Shown here: positions 11,059 through 19,854 of the stretch, in pieces
Position numbering within the stretch: position 1 is the stretch's first letter
Layout: each line of letters opens with the position of its first letter
Origin: Candidatus Binatia bacterium
GTDB lineage: Bacteria > Desulfobacterota > Binatia > HRBIN30
Direction: 5' to 3'
Assembly: GCA_038245295.1 (NCBI GenBank)
Contig: JBBRSP010000029.1
Location: 14,972-78,971 of the forward strand
Length of the DNA stretch: 64,000 nucleotides
Translations under genes and position numbers: made by a program
Notes under the pieces: model-generated
What the model saw: only the letters and a program-made list of their open reading frames with translations
Databases searched by the model: none
What the model was told of the DNA's origin: nothing

Positions 11059-12723
11059 TCACTTCGTGGCCGTGGCCGGCGTTTGCGCCGGCGCCTCGTT
11101 CTGCGGCGGTGTCTCCGGCACCGGGATCAGCGACATCCCGCAGACGGGACACTTGCCGGGCCCCGGCTTGTGGACCGACGCGTGCTCGGGCATCGCACAT
11201 GTCCAGTAGGCGATGTGCGGGCTCTCGACGTGTCCGGCGTGGCGCCGCACCGGCACCAAGGTCATGCCGCAGATGGGACACTTGCCGGGCGTGTCGTACA
11301 GAATGTCACCGTGCCCTGGCATCGGGCAGACGTAGTACAGGCGGTCTTCGGGTGAGGTAGGCTCGGCATCCTTGGGGTGGGCGGCAGTTTCGGCTTCCTC
11401 GGTGGCCGACTTGATCGGCGTCGCGCCGCTCACCTTCCCGGGTTCCGTGAACTTCAAGGCGGCCTCGCGCAGCCGGCTCTCCGAGTCGAGCAAGAACTGC
11501 CCGGAGACCACGACCGTCTCGCCTGGTTCGAGGCCGGACAGCACCTCGAGATAATTGTTCTGGGCACGGCGCCCGATGCGCACCTCGCGCGCCTCGAAGC
11601 GGCCGGGCTTGGGCATGATGAAGACCACGGAGCGCGTGCCGGTGTCGATCACCGCGACATCGGGCACCAGTGTCGCCTCCACGGCGATTTGCCCGATGAG
11701 GTTGACGGTGGCGTACATGCCGGGCTTTAGTTCGTAGCCCGGGTTGTGGAACTCCATGCGCACAGACACCTCACGCGACTTGGCGTCGAGGTAGGGATAC
11801 ACATAGGTGACGCGCCCCCGAAATGTGCGCCCGGGCAGGTAGTCGAGGGTCATGAACGCTTCCTGGCCGAGGCGCACGTAGGGCAGATCGTACTCGTAGA
11901 CTTTGGCGATGACCCATACGGTCGACAGGTCGGCCAGGCGGAAGACTTCCATTCCGGTCATGATGCGCTGCCCTTGGACGACGTTCTTGTGCGTGGCGAT
12001 ACCGGTGAACGGCGCACGCATGGTCAGTGTCTTGGTGACCTTGCCGGTGCGTTCCAGCTCGGCGATCTGTCCGGGAGAGATGTCGAAGTACTCGAGGCGT
12101 GTGCGCGCGTCACGCACCAGCGCCTCTGAGTCGCCGCGCGACCGCGGGATGAGCGGTACGTCCTTCTTCTGGAGATTGCGCAGGGCGCCGAGGTACTCCT
12201 CCTGCGCGGAGAACAATGCCGGCGAGTACAACTCGAACAATGGCTCACTTTCGTGCACCTGCGCGCCGGTCTGGTTGACGTACAGCTTCTCGACCCAACC
12301 GTCGACCTTGGTGGTGACCACGGCCAGGGTGGTCTCGTCGTAGTCGACGAAGCCCACGCTCCGCACGGTCTTGGCGAGCGGCCCACGCTTCACCTTGTCG
12401 ACACGGACACCCATGTCCTGCTCGACCACCGGGTCGATCCGAATGGTTCCCGCAGCGCCTTCGCCTTCGTAGACCGGGATCAGGTCCATGCCCATCGAGT
12501 CCTTCCCCGGTTGGTCGTGGATCTCGCCGGGGCTCATCGACGACTTCCAGTAGAGGACCTTGTGCTCCTTCGACGTCGCGCCTGCCGGCGCCGATGCTGG
12601 CTCGCTCGTTGTGGCCTGCGCTTCGTGGTGAGAGGTGTGGCGCAGCCACAGCCCGGTCACTCCGATACCCGCCGGAACGGCAACTGCAAGAGCGATTGCC
12701 ACCACTGTCGATCGTCGCGTCAT
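11059..12723 (-). CDS. cusB: CusB-type periplasmic adaptor with extra heavy-metal-binding domains
   Basis: YWKSSMSP..PGKDSMGMDL, LYSPAL, LKPGMYA, SGQFLLDSES; two C-terminal CxM...PGKCPxCGMxL repeats. Confidence 0.92.
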   Translation of the reverse strand: MTRRSTVVAIALAVAVPAGIGVTGLWLRHTSHHEAQATTSEPASAPAGATSKEHKVLYWKSSMSPGEIHDQPGKDSMGMDLIPVYEGEGAAGTIRIDPVVEQDMGVRVDKVKRGPLAKTVRSVGFVDYDETTLAVVTTKVDGWVEKLYVNQTGAQVHESEPLFELYSPALFSAQEEYLGALRNLQKKDVPLIPRSRGDSEALVRDARTRLEYFDISPGQIAELERTGKVTKTLTMRAPFTGIATHKNVVQGQRIMTGMEVFRLADLSTVWVIAKVYEYDLPYVRLGQEAFMTLDYLPGRTFRGRVTYVYPYLDAKSREVSVRMEFHNPGYELKPGMYATVNLIGQIAVEATLVPDVAVIDTGTRSVVFIMPKPGRFEAREVRIGRRAQNNYLEVLSGLEPGETVVVSGQFLLDSESRLREAALKFTEPGKVSGATPIKSATEEAETAAHPKDAEPTSPEDRLYYVCPMPGHGDILYDTPGKCPICGMTLVPVRRHAGHVESPHIAYWTCAMPEHASVHKPGPGKCPVCGMSLIPVPETPPQNEAPAQTPATATK

Positions 12724-14228
12724 GGCTGGACGCTCCCTTCGGTTGGAACCCCTTCGGTCAGGCCAGCTTCATGGCCGTCGGATACGCGTGGCAAGCGCAC
12801 GCCGACGAGCTGTTGCAGATCGGCGAAGCGCTGCTCAAGCTCGGCGAGGGCGCGGTGATAGCCGAGCGAGAAGTCGAGCCACTTGCGCCAGTTGTCGATC
12901 AGCGCGGTGAACTCCAGCGAGCCGGCTTGATAAGTCGAGGTCGACACTTCGACGGTTTGCCAGGCGCGCGGTACGATCAGATCGCGGAAGAGCAGTGCCT
13001 GCCGATACTGCGTATCGATCTTGACGAGTGTGTCCTGCAACTGGAACAAGAGCTGGTTGCGCAGATCCGTGTACTCTTCGACCGAAGCGAGCGTCTGCGC
13101 GTTACCTTCGAGCACGCGGGCGCGCAGGCGCTGCCACCAGATCGGCAGGTTGAGACCGAACGCCAGGTTCCAGGCGTCGTCGCCGGTCCGCACTGGGCTG
13201 ATGCCGGAGCTGGAAATGAAGGTGTAGGTGTAGCCGACGGTGAGGTCAGGGAAGTAGTTCAGGCGTGCCAGCTTGACGGTCTCGACGTCGCGCTTGATCT
13301 GCTCTTGCAAGCGCGACAGGCGCGGGTTCGACGCGACCGCGCGTTGCATCACCTGCGGTAACCTCCATTGCACCTGCGTCAGTTCGAATTCACGCGGCGG
13401 CGGCAACAGAGCATCGACCGCCCGGTTCATCAGCGCGTTGAGTTGAGCGCGCGCCGTGGCGCGCTGCTGTTCAAGCGTGATCAGTTCGTTCTGCAGGCCA
13501 TAGAGCTCGACCTCGGCACGCAAGACGTCTTGCTGCGTCGCCGCGCCTGCCTTGTAGTGCGCCGCCGCGACGTCGTGGACCTGGCTGAGCAGCTGCTCGC
13601 TCTGGCGGGTGATCTGGATCGAGACGTCGGCGAGGTAGTAGCTGTAGTACGCCTTCTGCACCTGAGCCACGACGGAGATGCGCACGTCGGCAAGGCTGTC
13701 TAGCGCCATGCGCACGGTGGCCTCGGCGATGCGCCCGCGGGCGCTGAGCTTGCCGGGAAAGGGAATCTTCTGGGTCACGCTGACAGCGCCTTGCATCATC
13801 CCCGCCGCCGTCTGCGTCATGTCGCCCGTCGGTGGAATCAGGTTGATCATCGGATCGTCGAGCGAGGTGACCTGAGGTACCTGGTAGCCGAGCACCTGCA
13901 GCTGGCGGACGGCGCGCCCGATGGCCGGGTTGTCGCGCAGCGTGAGACGAATGTAGTCGTCGAGGCCGGCATCGTCCGGCAGCGGCGCGTCGTTGGGCAG
14001 CGCCCCGCCGTTGTCGACCGTTTGCTTGGCGACATGCAGGACGGCCGCATCGTCGTCCACGGCCGGGCTCAAATCACGCGCCTCGCGGGCGACCTGCTGC
14101 TGGAGCGCGCCGTTGACGCTGCCGCACCCGGCGATCGTGGCCACGAAGATCAACAGCCAGGGGGCCCACGGACAGCGATGTCCGGGGTGGCCGGCGCGCA
14201 CGACGTTGGGGACGGTGTTACGATTCAT
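12720..14228 (-). CDS. TolC/CusC-family outer-membrane efflux lipoprotein
   Basis: Start trimmed to ATG 14228 (MNRNTV...). Lipobox IAGC; QKIPFPGKL, ATQQDVLRAEVE, NLPIW. Stop overlaps the cusB start (ATGA). Confidence 0.88.
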   Translation of the reverse strand: MNRNTVPNVVRAGHPGHRCPWAPWLLIFVATIAGCGSVNGALQQQVAREARDLSPAVDDDAAVLHVAKQTVDNGGALPNDAPLPDDAGLDDYIRLTLRDNPAIGRAVRQLQVLGYQVPQVTSLDDPMINLIPPTGDMTQTAAGMMQGAVSVTQKIPFPGKLSARGRIAEATVRMALDSLADVRISVVAQVQKAYYSYYLADVSIQITRQSEQLLSQVHDVAAAHYKAGAATQQDVLRAEVELYGLQNELITLEQQRATARAQLNALMNRAVDALLPPPREFELTQVQWRLPQVMQRAVASNPRLSRLQEQIKRDVETVKLARLNYFPDLTVGYTYTFISSSGISPVRTGDDAWNLAFGLNLPIWWQRLRARVLEGNAQTLASVEEYTDLRNQLLFQLQDTLVKIDTQYRQALLFRDLIVPRAWQTVEVSTSTYQAGSLEFTALIDNWRKWLDFSLGYHRALAELEQRFADLQQLVGVRLPRVSDGHEAGLTEGVPTEGSVQP

Positions 14229-14344
14229 ATCCGGGCGGATACGAGTGCTGATGAACGTCATGACATCCTGCAGCAGGGTGGGGCCGATGCGCTTACGCAC
14301 GTCTTCGACCATCAGCAACCGACCGCTTGCCCGCCCGCGGTGAT

Positions 14345-14506
14345 CTAATCGAGCCCCCAGTTGTAAAACGCCGCGACCAGCGCCTCGGCGATCCAGCCTA
14401 GGAGGAAGGTGCTGATCAAACCGATCACAACTTCGTAGGCCGGCACCCGCATCTGCAGAATCGGCCCGACGTCGATGCCGTGAAGCAGGCTGTTGAAGAA
14501 CACCAT
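14345..14506 (-). pseudogene. DUF5676-like membrane protein fragment
   Basis: Alternative frame reads MVFFNSLLHGIDVGPILQMRVPAYEVVIGLISTFLLGWIAEALVAAFYNWGLD*. The FFNSLLHGxD motif is recognisable; the N-terminal helix is absent. Confidence 0.55.
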
Positions 14507-14578
14507 CGTCTTCTCCCGTGGCCACCTCGTCCTGGGTCGGCTTTGTTGCCGGTTCGTCTGTGGCCGGGTCGCCGTCCT

Positions 14579-15892
14579 TCATAACCAACCGTTGGCGAAA
14601 CCTGCCCGCCGCAGCCCCGTGACGATGTAGGAGCAACTCCGCATCAATCGCCAGAGCAAGTCTGAGCGGTAGTTCTCGCAGGCCAACACGACCGGCCCCA
14701 AATTGATTCCGTAGTGGTACGCCGAGGTCCAGCCGGGCTTGCCCTCCGACTCCGGCGGAAAGGTCAGATTGAAGCTGCACTTCAAGCAATACTTGCCAGT
14801 GATCTGAGGGTAGACCTCCTTGAAATGCCGAATCGTCGGCAGCACGATCTCCGGAGCAAAGGGCAGCGAGGCGAGCACTGCCCACGGAGCGACGGTCCCG
14901 TCGTCCGGGCCGTACGGCACACCCCGTGCCACATACTCGAAGAAGCGGCGCTCGACGCCATCAACCTGCCGCGTTGTCCAGCCGGGTCCGTCGCTCGCGG
15001 TCAGTCCCCAGAAGTATTTGCCGTAGCCGGCGAATGCGAGAGGGTTCTGAATCGCATACTGCTGCTGGACGTGGGTCGCCCGGCGGCTGTTCTCGAAGTA
15101 GTCGATGCCCTTGCCGCGCATGAAGACATCCTGGATCCCACGGAAGTCGAGCCACAGGTGCGAGTATTGATGGATGAAGAGCGCGCCGCCATACAGGAGC
15201 TCGTGGCCATAGATCTCCTTCCACTCGTAGGTAGAGGTCCACGCCGCATAGCTTTCCTGCGGCAGTGGATACGTCGGCGAACCCAGGCCCAGCGCGTACA
15301 GGAGCAGGGCCTCGTCGTAGCCTTCCCAGCGGTACTTCAAGAAGCCGCTCTCTGGCTTCCACCCGTGGGTGACCGTCGCCCCGCCGTTCTGCGCCCACCG
15401 CCAATCGGCACGGCGGTAGAGCGCATCTGCCAACGTGCGGATCTCCCGCTCCGCCTCACAATCCTGATCAAAATAGGCGGCGGCGGCGAGCATTCCAGCG
15501 AGCAGGAACGTCGTGTCGGCGGTGGACAGCTCGCACTTCCCGGAACGCCGTCCGGCCTGCATGTCGAGAAAATGGTAGTAGAACCCTTTGTAGCCCGTCG
15601 CGTCCGCTGCCGTACCCTGTGGGCTGGTCCAGAAGAACCGTAACACCGTCAGCGTTCGCTCTACCGCTTCGGCGCGCGTCATCCAGGAGCGCTCGACGCC
15701 GACCGGATAGGCTGCCAGCGCAAACCCGACGGCGGCGATACTCGCGGGGGCGTCCGGCTGCGTTTTGTCCAACACCAGGCCGTTTGCAGGGTTGGTCTCG
15801 TGCAAGAAATACGCGAAGGCGTCGCGCTCGAGTGCGTCCAGCATCTCTTCGCTGCTGGCTGGTGGATTCGGGCCTGCCAGGTGGCTCGTCAT
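14579..15892 (-). CDS. Glucoamylase-family / GH144-like protein, copy 2, no signal peptide
   Basis: Same motif set as 1433..2761 (ATGYKGFYYHFLDM, WAQNGG, THGWKPESGFL, RWEGYDEAL, DYFENSRRAT, PYGPDDGT). Confidence 0.85.
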   Translation of the reverse strand: MTSHLAGPNPPASSEEMLDALERDAFAYFLHETNPANGLVLDKTQPDAPASIAAVGFALAAYPVGVERSWMTRAEAVERTLTVLRFFWTSPQGTAADATGYKGFYYHFLDMQAGRRSGKCELSTADTTFLLAGMLAAAAYFDQDCEAEREIRTLADALYRRADWRWAQNGGATVTHGWKPESGFLKYRWEGYDEALLLYALGLGSPTYPLPQESYAAWTSTYEWKEIYGHELLYGGALFIHQYSHLWLDFRGIQDVFMRGKGIDYFENSRRATHVQQQYAIQNPLAFAGYGKYFWGLTASDGPGWTTRQVDGVERRFFEYVARGVPYGPDDGTVAPWAVLASLPFAPEIVLPTIRHFKEVYPQITGKYCLKCSFNLTFPPESEGKPGWTSAYHYGINLGPVVLACENYRSDLLWRLMRSCSYIVTGLRRAGFANGWL

Positions 15893-15950
15893 GCCCGTCT
15901 TCCATGCGTGTAGGCGTGCAAGCCGCCCGACTGTCCGCCCGTTTGGTTCA

Positions 15951-16676
15951 TCACAAGAGGCCGTTGGTTGCGCTGCGGCCAGCCCACAACGGGGGGAAGG
16001 CCGTGCTCGGCGGTGTCCGTAGCCAGGCGAAGGGTCGCGGCGCTATCCTGAAGTAATCATGCCGATGCGTTGTCGAAGCGTGGAGAGCCCTCTCGTAGGG
16101 GACCCGCTTCACACCCTCAAGGCTAGCTTCGAAGAACTCATTTGCTTTTGCTTCGATCCAGCCGGTGATCTCGGCCGCGGCCGGTCCCCCGGTCGGCGGG
16201 TTGTACTTGAAGCCGCCATCGTCGGGCGGATTGTGCGAGGGCGTGATGACGATACCATCGGCGAGGCCTGCGTTGCGCCCGCGGTTGTAGGTCAGAATGG
16301 CGTGGGAGATGGCGGGCGTTGGGGTGTATTCGTCGCCTACCGCGAGCGTCACTTCCACTGCGTTCGCGGCCAGTACCTCCAGCGCGCTAGCCAGCGCGGG
16401 CACGGAGCGCGCGTGCGTGTCCATGCGCAAAAAGAGTGGGCCATCGATCTGTTGCCGCCTGCGGTAGACGCAAATGGCCTGGCTGATGGCAAGGATATGC
16501 TGTTCGTTGAAGGCGGTCTCTAGCGAGGAACCACGGTGGCCCGACGTGCCGAAGGCCACGCGCTGCGCCGCAACGGCGGGGGCAGGCTTTTCGACATAGT
16601 ACGCCCTGATGAGATTGGGCACGTTGACCGGCGCGGACGGGTCCACCGGTTTTCCCGCAAGCGGGCTGGCGTTCAT
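15951..16676 (-). pseudogene. pgm: Phosphoglucomutase, C-terminally truncated
   Basis: AFGTSGHRGSS, TPTPAISHAIL, ITPSHNPP, GFKYNPP. Similarity ends at HRHDY (~16055); full-length enzymes of this family are about 545 aa. Confidence 0.85.
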
Positions 16677-17521
16677 TTGCTCGCCTTTTTCCGCCTTTGA
16701 ACCGCTGCGTGATATTTCCTGCGGATGTCAGCGATGTTCACGGTCGGTTCCGGAACCTCGATGCCAAGGTTGTCCATCGTCTCGACGATGATTTCCGAAA
16801 TGGCAAGGTTGCGAAACCATTTGTGATCGGAGGGAATGACGAACCATGGCGCATCATGGGTGCTGCAGTTGCTGAGTGCGTCCTCGTAGGCCGCCTGGTA
16901 GCCATCCCAGTAGGCTCGTTCCGAATAGTCCGCCTCGCTGATTTTCCAGTGTCGTGCGGGATCGTCGAGCCGCTGTTTGAAGCGCTCCAGTTGCTCCTCC
17001 TTGCTGATGTGCAGGAAGAATTTCAAAATGTGGGTGCCGTTCGCGACGAGGCGGCGCTCGAAGTCGTTTATCTGCTCGTAGCGCGTCGACCAGACTGTTT
17101 TCGGAACCAGATCGTGAACGCGCACGACGAGCACATCCTCGTAGTGTGAGCGATTGAAAATCACCACCTCGCCGCGCTTGGGAGTAGGGTGTTCGATGCG
17201 CCACAAGAAATCGTGCGCGCCTTCCTCTGCCGACGGTTGCTTGAAACCGACGACGCGGCAGCCTTGCGGGTTCATCGAGCCGATGACATGCCGGACGACA
17301 CCGTCCTTGCCCCCCGCGTCGAGGGCTTGCAGACAAATCAGCAGCGAGCGTTTCTGTTCGGCGTAGAGCTGGAACTGCAACGCGTCCATCCGCTGTTGGA
17401 GCTTCTTGATCTTCTGAAGTGCTGAGTGCTTGTTCTCGTTCTTTCCCGAGAATGCCGGATCGAAGTCCGCAAGCCGGACGCGACTACTCTGGGCGACGCG
17501 GAATTCCTTCCGATAGTTCAT
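16673..17521 (-). CDS. ppk2: Polyphosphate kinase 2 family (PPK2) phosphotransferase
   Basis: QALDAGGKDG Walker A, MNPQG, HDFLWR, FNRSHYEDVLVVRV, LHISKEEQ, APWFVIPSDHKWFRN. Start set at ATG 17521. Confidence 0.93.
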   Translation of the reverse strand: MNYRKEFRVAQSSRVRLADFDPAFSGKNENKHSALQKIKKLQQRMDALQFQLYAEQKRSLLICLQALDAGGKDGVVRHVIGSMNPQGCRVVGFKQPSAEEGAHDFLWRIEHPTPKRGEVVIFNRSHYEDVLVVRVHDLVPKTVWSTRYEQINDFERRLVANGTHILKFFLHISKEEQLERFKQRLDDPARHWKISEADYSERAYWDGYQAAYEDALSNCSTHDAPWFVIPSDHKWFRNLAISEIIVETMDNLGIEVPEPTVNIADIRRKYHAAVQRRKKASK

Positions 17522-17616
17522 GGTTCTCTTCCCTACGTTGATGGCCCTGGTTCCTTTCGTCACGCCGTGCGCCATCGACGCATCGGACGCACCGCCGCAG
17601 CCGTGAACGTCTGCCG

Positions 17617-18204
17617 CTAGGCGCAAGCGGCGTGGGTGTTCACGCCCTGGTGATTGCTAGCTGCGAACGTGTCATGGGCCTTGTTCACTTTGTCGGTCGG
17701 GCCGTGCGCGATGACGAGGAACTTGCCGGCTTTGATCTGCGTTTCGTAGGCGATGATGCTGTCCTTGGGGATCCCGACGCTGAGCAAGCCGGCGCCGAGC
17801 GCGCTTACACCTCCGACAAGGGCCGCGCTTTCCAGCGCTCCGACGATCCAGGCCACCACGGGCCCCGCCGCGAGCAACGGCCCAATGCCCGGGATGATGA
17901 AGAACGCCGATCCGAACAGCAGGGCCCACAGGCCGCCCCAAAAGGCTCCGGCCGTACCCCAGGCTTTCATTCGGTCACCGGTTGTGTAGTAGCCGGTCGC
18001 CGTTTCTTCGGTGTGGTAATCCTTCCCAACAATAGACAGTTGCTTGAGGTCGAACCCGGACTGCTGGAGTGCACGGACGGCATCCTCTGCCTCGACATGC
18101 GTGTCGTAGACGGCGACGATGGCGCTCGTTTCCGGTGCCGCGACATTCATCGCCTTGCCTGCTGTCCCTGAGTTCGCCGTCACCGGCTCTGCTTGTTCTG
18201 ACAT
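17617..18204 (-). CDS. General stress protein (YflT/DUF1269-like)
   Basis: AVYDTH..AEDAV, LSIVGKDYHTEE, GAFWGGLW, IPGIGPLLAAGP, GIPKDSIIAYE; GGAGG RBS. Confidence 0.85.
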   Translation of the reverse strand: MSEQAEPVTANSGTAGKAMNVAAPETSAIVAVYDTHVEAEDAVRALQQSGFDLKQLSIVGKDYHTEETATGYYTTGDRMKAWGTAGAFWGGLWALLFGSAFFIIPGIGPLLAAGPVVAWIVGALESAALVGGVSALGAGLLSVGIPKDSIIAYETQIKAGKFLVIAHGPTDKVNKAHDTFAASNHQGVNTHAACA

Positions 18205-18379
18205 GATCGTTCCTCCGCCATTTCTATATACGTGGTGTGCGAACGAGAGCGTCTCGAAACATTACGAATGTTAAAAGACCTTCGGCAGCGCAGTAAGCTC
18301 GGACTACTACGCGCGTGGTTTCACGCGGGAAGAGTTGCGTCCGCGTTTGACGAACCCGCGGCCGGTTAGAGTCGGCGTG

Positions 18380-18395
18380 TGTGACCCTCTTCACC
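18380..18395. promoter_or_regulatory. Crp/Fnr-like binding site
   Basis: TGTGA-CCCTCT-TCACC, 9/10 match to TGTGA-N6-TCACA, in a divergent intergenic region. Confidence 0.4.
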
Positions 18396-18483
18396 GCGAG
18401 CGGCGCCGGTTGCTGGCGCAAACATTCTGGATAGCGGCATGGCAGCGATCGCGATAAGGGAGCCGGCGCAAACGAGGAGATCT

Positions 18484-18723
18484 ATGTCTGAAGATGCACC
18501 GTTCTCCCGAGACGGGGAACAGGCGGCCCGGGCCCGCAACGACTTCGCCGCGCGCCTGCGCGCCATGGCCGACTGGATCGAAGGCCTACCGGTCGACGAG
18601 CACCTCCGGGGCTTGCTGCCATGGATCGCTCGCGACACCGAAGCGGTGGAACGTATCAAGCTGTTGCGTCACATGCCGCGCACGCCGCGTGAACCGGGGC
18701 CTTTCGCTCGACGGCGGCGCTGA
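18484..18723 (+). CDS. Hypothetical protein (79 aa)
   Basis: Strong GAGGAG RBS before ATG 18484; fills the gap between convergent and divergent neighbours. Confidence 0.55.
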   Translation: MSEDAPFSRDGEQAARARNDFAARLRAMADWIEGLPVDEHLRGLLPWIARDTEAVERIKLLRHMPRTPREPGPFARRRR

Positions 18724-18741
18724 CGCCGAGCGTTCTGCTAC

Positions 18742-19401
18742 TCAGCCCCGACGTGATCGTGTCGGATGAGTCGTCGTCTGGTGGTCCATTGCCGTGGCGA
18801 GGATGGCTTTCGCCCAGCCGTGCTCGGCCGCGAGCGGTTTCTCGATGTAGACAATCCTGCCGTCTTTGACGTGCAGCAGGCGCATCGGCGCGGCAGTTAC
18901 CCCGATGACGGGATCGGCCTCCAGGCTATTGTCGAACACGACCAGCTCGCGCAATACCGGGAGGAGTCGAACCAGATTGAGCATGCTGGAGCGTGTGCGG
19001 CGCTGGATCAGAGCGGCGGCAATGGCGTGGCCGCCACGCGCAACCCGCGCCGCGACGCGGGCGATGTGTTGTTCGGCCGACTTCAAACCCACGTAAACGA
19101 TTCGCAAATCATGACCCGCCGCCGCGGCGTCCTTCAACAGTGCTGGAATCGTCTGGCCACCCAAGGTGGTTTCGAAAACGTAATCGGTGCCGTCGACGAT
19201 CGCTGCCTCGATGAGTAGGCGGCCGTCGCGCCAGGCGCGACTGTTGGCCTCGTCCTCGGCCAGGTCGGGATCGTGGCGGCGATACTCCGCAGCGATCTCG
19301 TCGGGGTTAAAATAGACGCCGCCTTGCGACCGCAAGAAGGCGCCGGCAACGCTGCTTTTACCGGCGCCGTTGACGCCGGCCAGGACGGTGATTGTCGCCA
19401 C
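18742..19401 (-). CDS. Zeta-toxin-like P-loop kinase/ATPase
   Basis: LAGVNGAGKSS Walker A, FNPDEIA, FETTLGG, RVARGGH, VFDNS. Confidence 0.82.
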   Translation of the reverse strand: MATITVLAGVNGAGKSSVAGAFLRSQGGVYFNPDEIAAEYRRHDPDLAEDEANSRAWRDGRLLIEAAIVDGTDYVFETTLGGQTIPALLKDAAAAGHDLRIVYVGLKSAEQHIARVAARVARGGHAIAAALIQRRTRSSMLNLVRLLPVLRELVVFDNSLEADPVIGVTAAPMRLLHVKDGRIVYIEKPLAAEHGWAKAILATAMDHQTTTHPTRSRRG

Positions 19402-19409
19402 GCCCTAGA

Positions 19410-19781
19410 CTAACCGCGGCGTTTGGCGGCGCGCCGGGCTGCTCTTCCGAGCTCTTTGGTTCCGGCGTTGAACAACGCGTCGACCGCCAGCTTTGCCTTC
19501 GGCTTCTGCATCTGCGCCGTCAGCTCGTCGTAACGCCGACTCAGAACCTCCAACGCATGGTCCCGAGCCATGGCTACCAAAGATTCAACCGTCTCGAGCC
19601 GTAACAGCGCATACCTCTGGCGGCCGCGCCGCGTGATCGTGGCGATGCCGCCGGCCGCGACGATATCGATCACTTCGCCCAACCTGGCCTTGGCGTCGCT
19701 GGCCGAGAAGTCTCGCGCCCGCCCAAGGTCGGGCAAGGGCTCGACCGCCCGCGTCTTGAGGGCAACACCACGTGAGTTCAT
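19410..19781 (-). CDS. Phd/YefM-family antitoxin
   Basis: FSASDAKARLGEVID...ITRRGR; lies 8 bp upstream of the zeta-like gene. Confidence 0.82.
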   Translation of the reverse strand: MNSRGVALKTRAVEPLPDLGRARDFSASDAKARLGEVIDIVAAGGIATITRRGRQRYALLRLETVESLVAMARDHALEVLSRRYDELTAQMQKPKAKLAVDALFNAGTKELGRAARRAAKRRG

Positions 19782-19816
19782 TTGACCAATATGGGCAAAT
19801 GGCCTGTTTAGGTCAA
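19782..19816 (-). promoter_or_regulatory. sigma70-like promoter and overlapping operator of the TA pair
   Basis: Minus strand reads TTGACC-17 bp-CATATT-GGTCAA-ATG. Tandem imperfect palindromes TTGACC-N5-GGGCAA and TGGCC-N6-GGTCA. Confidence 0.6.
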
Positions 19817-19854
19817 TACGTTCGGCGGCTCAAACCCTTGGTCGCGACGCGGGC

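Noticed and set aside
14229..14885. N-terminal 218 aa of the 721-aa TolC ORF
   Set aside because: Overlaps the GH144-like gene and DUF5676 remnant; the lipoprotein signal follows ATG 14228.
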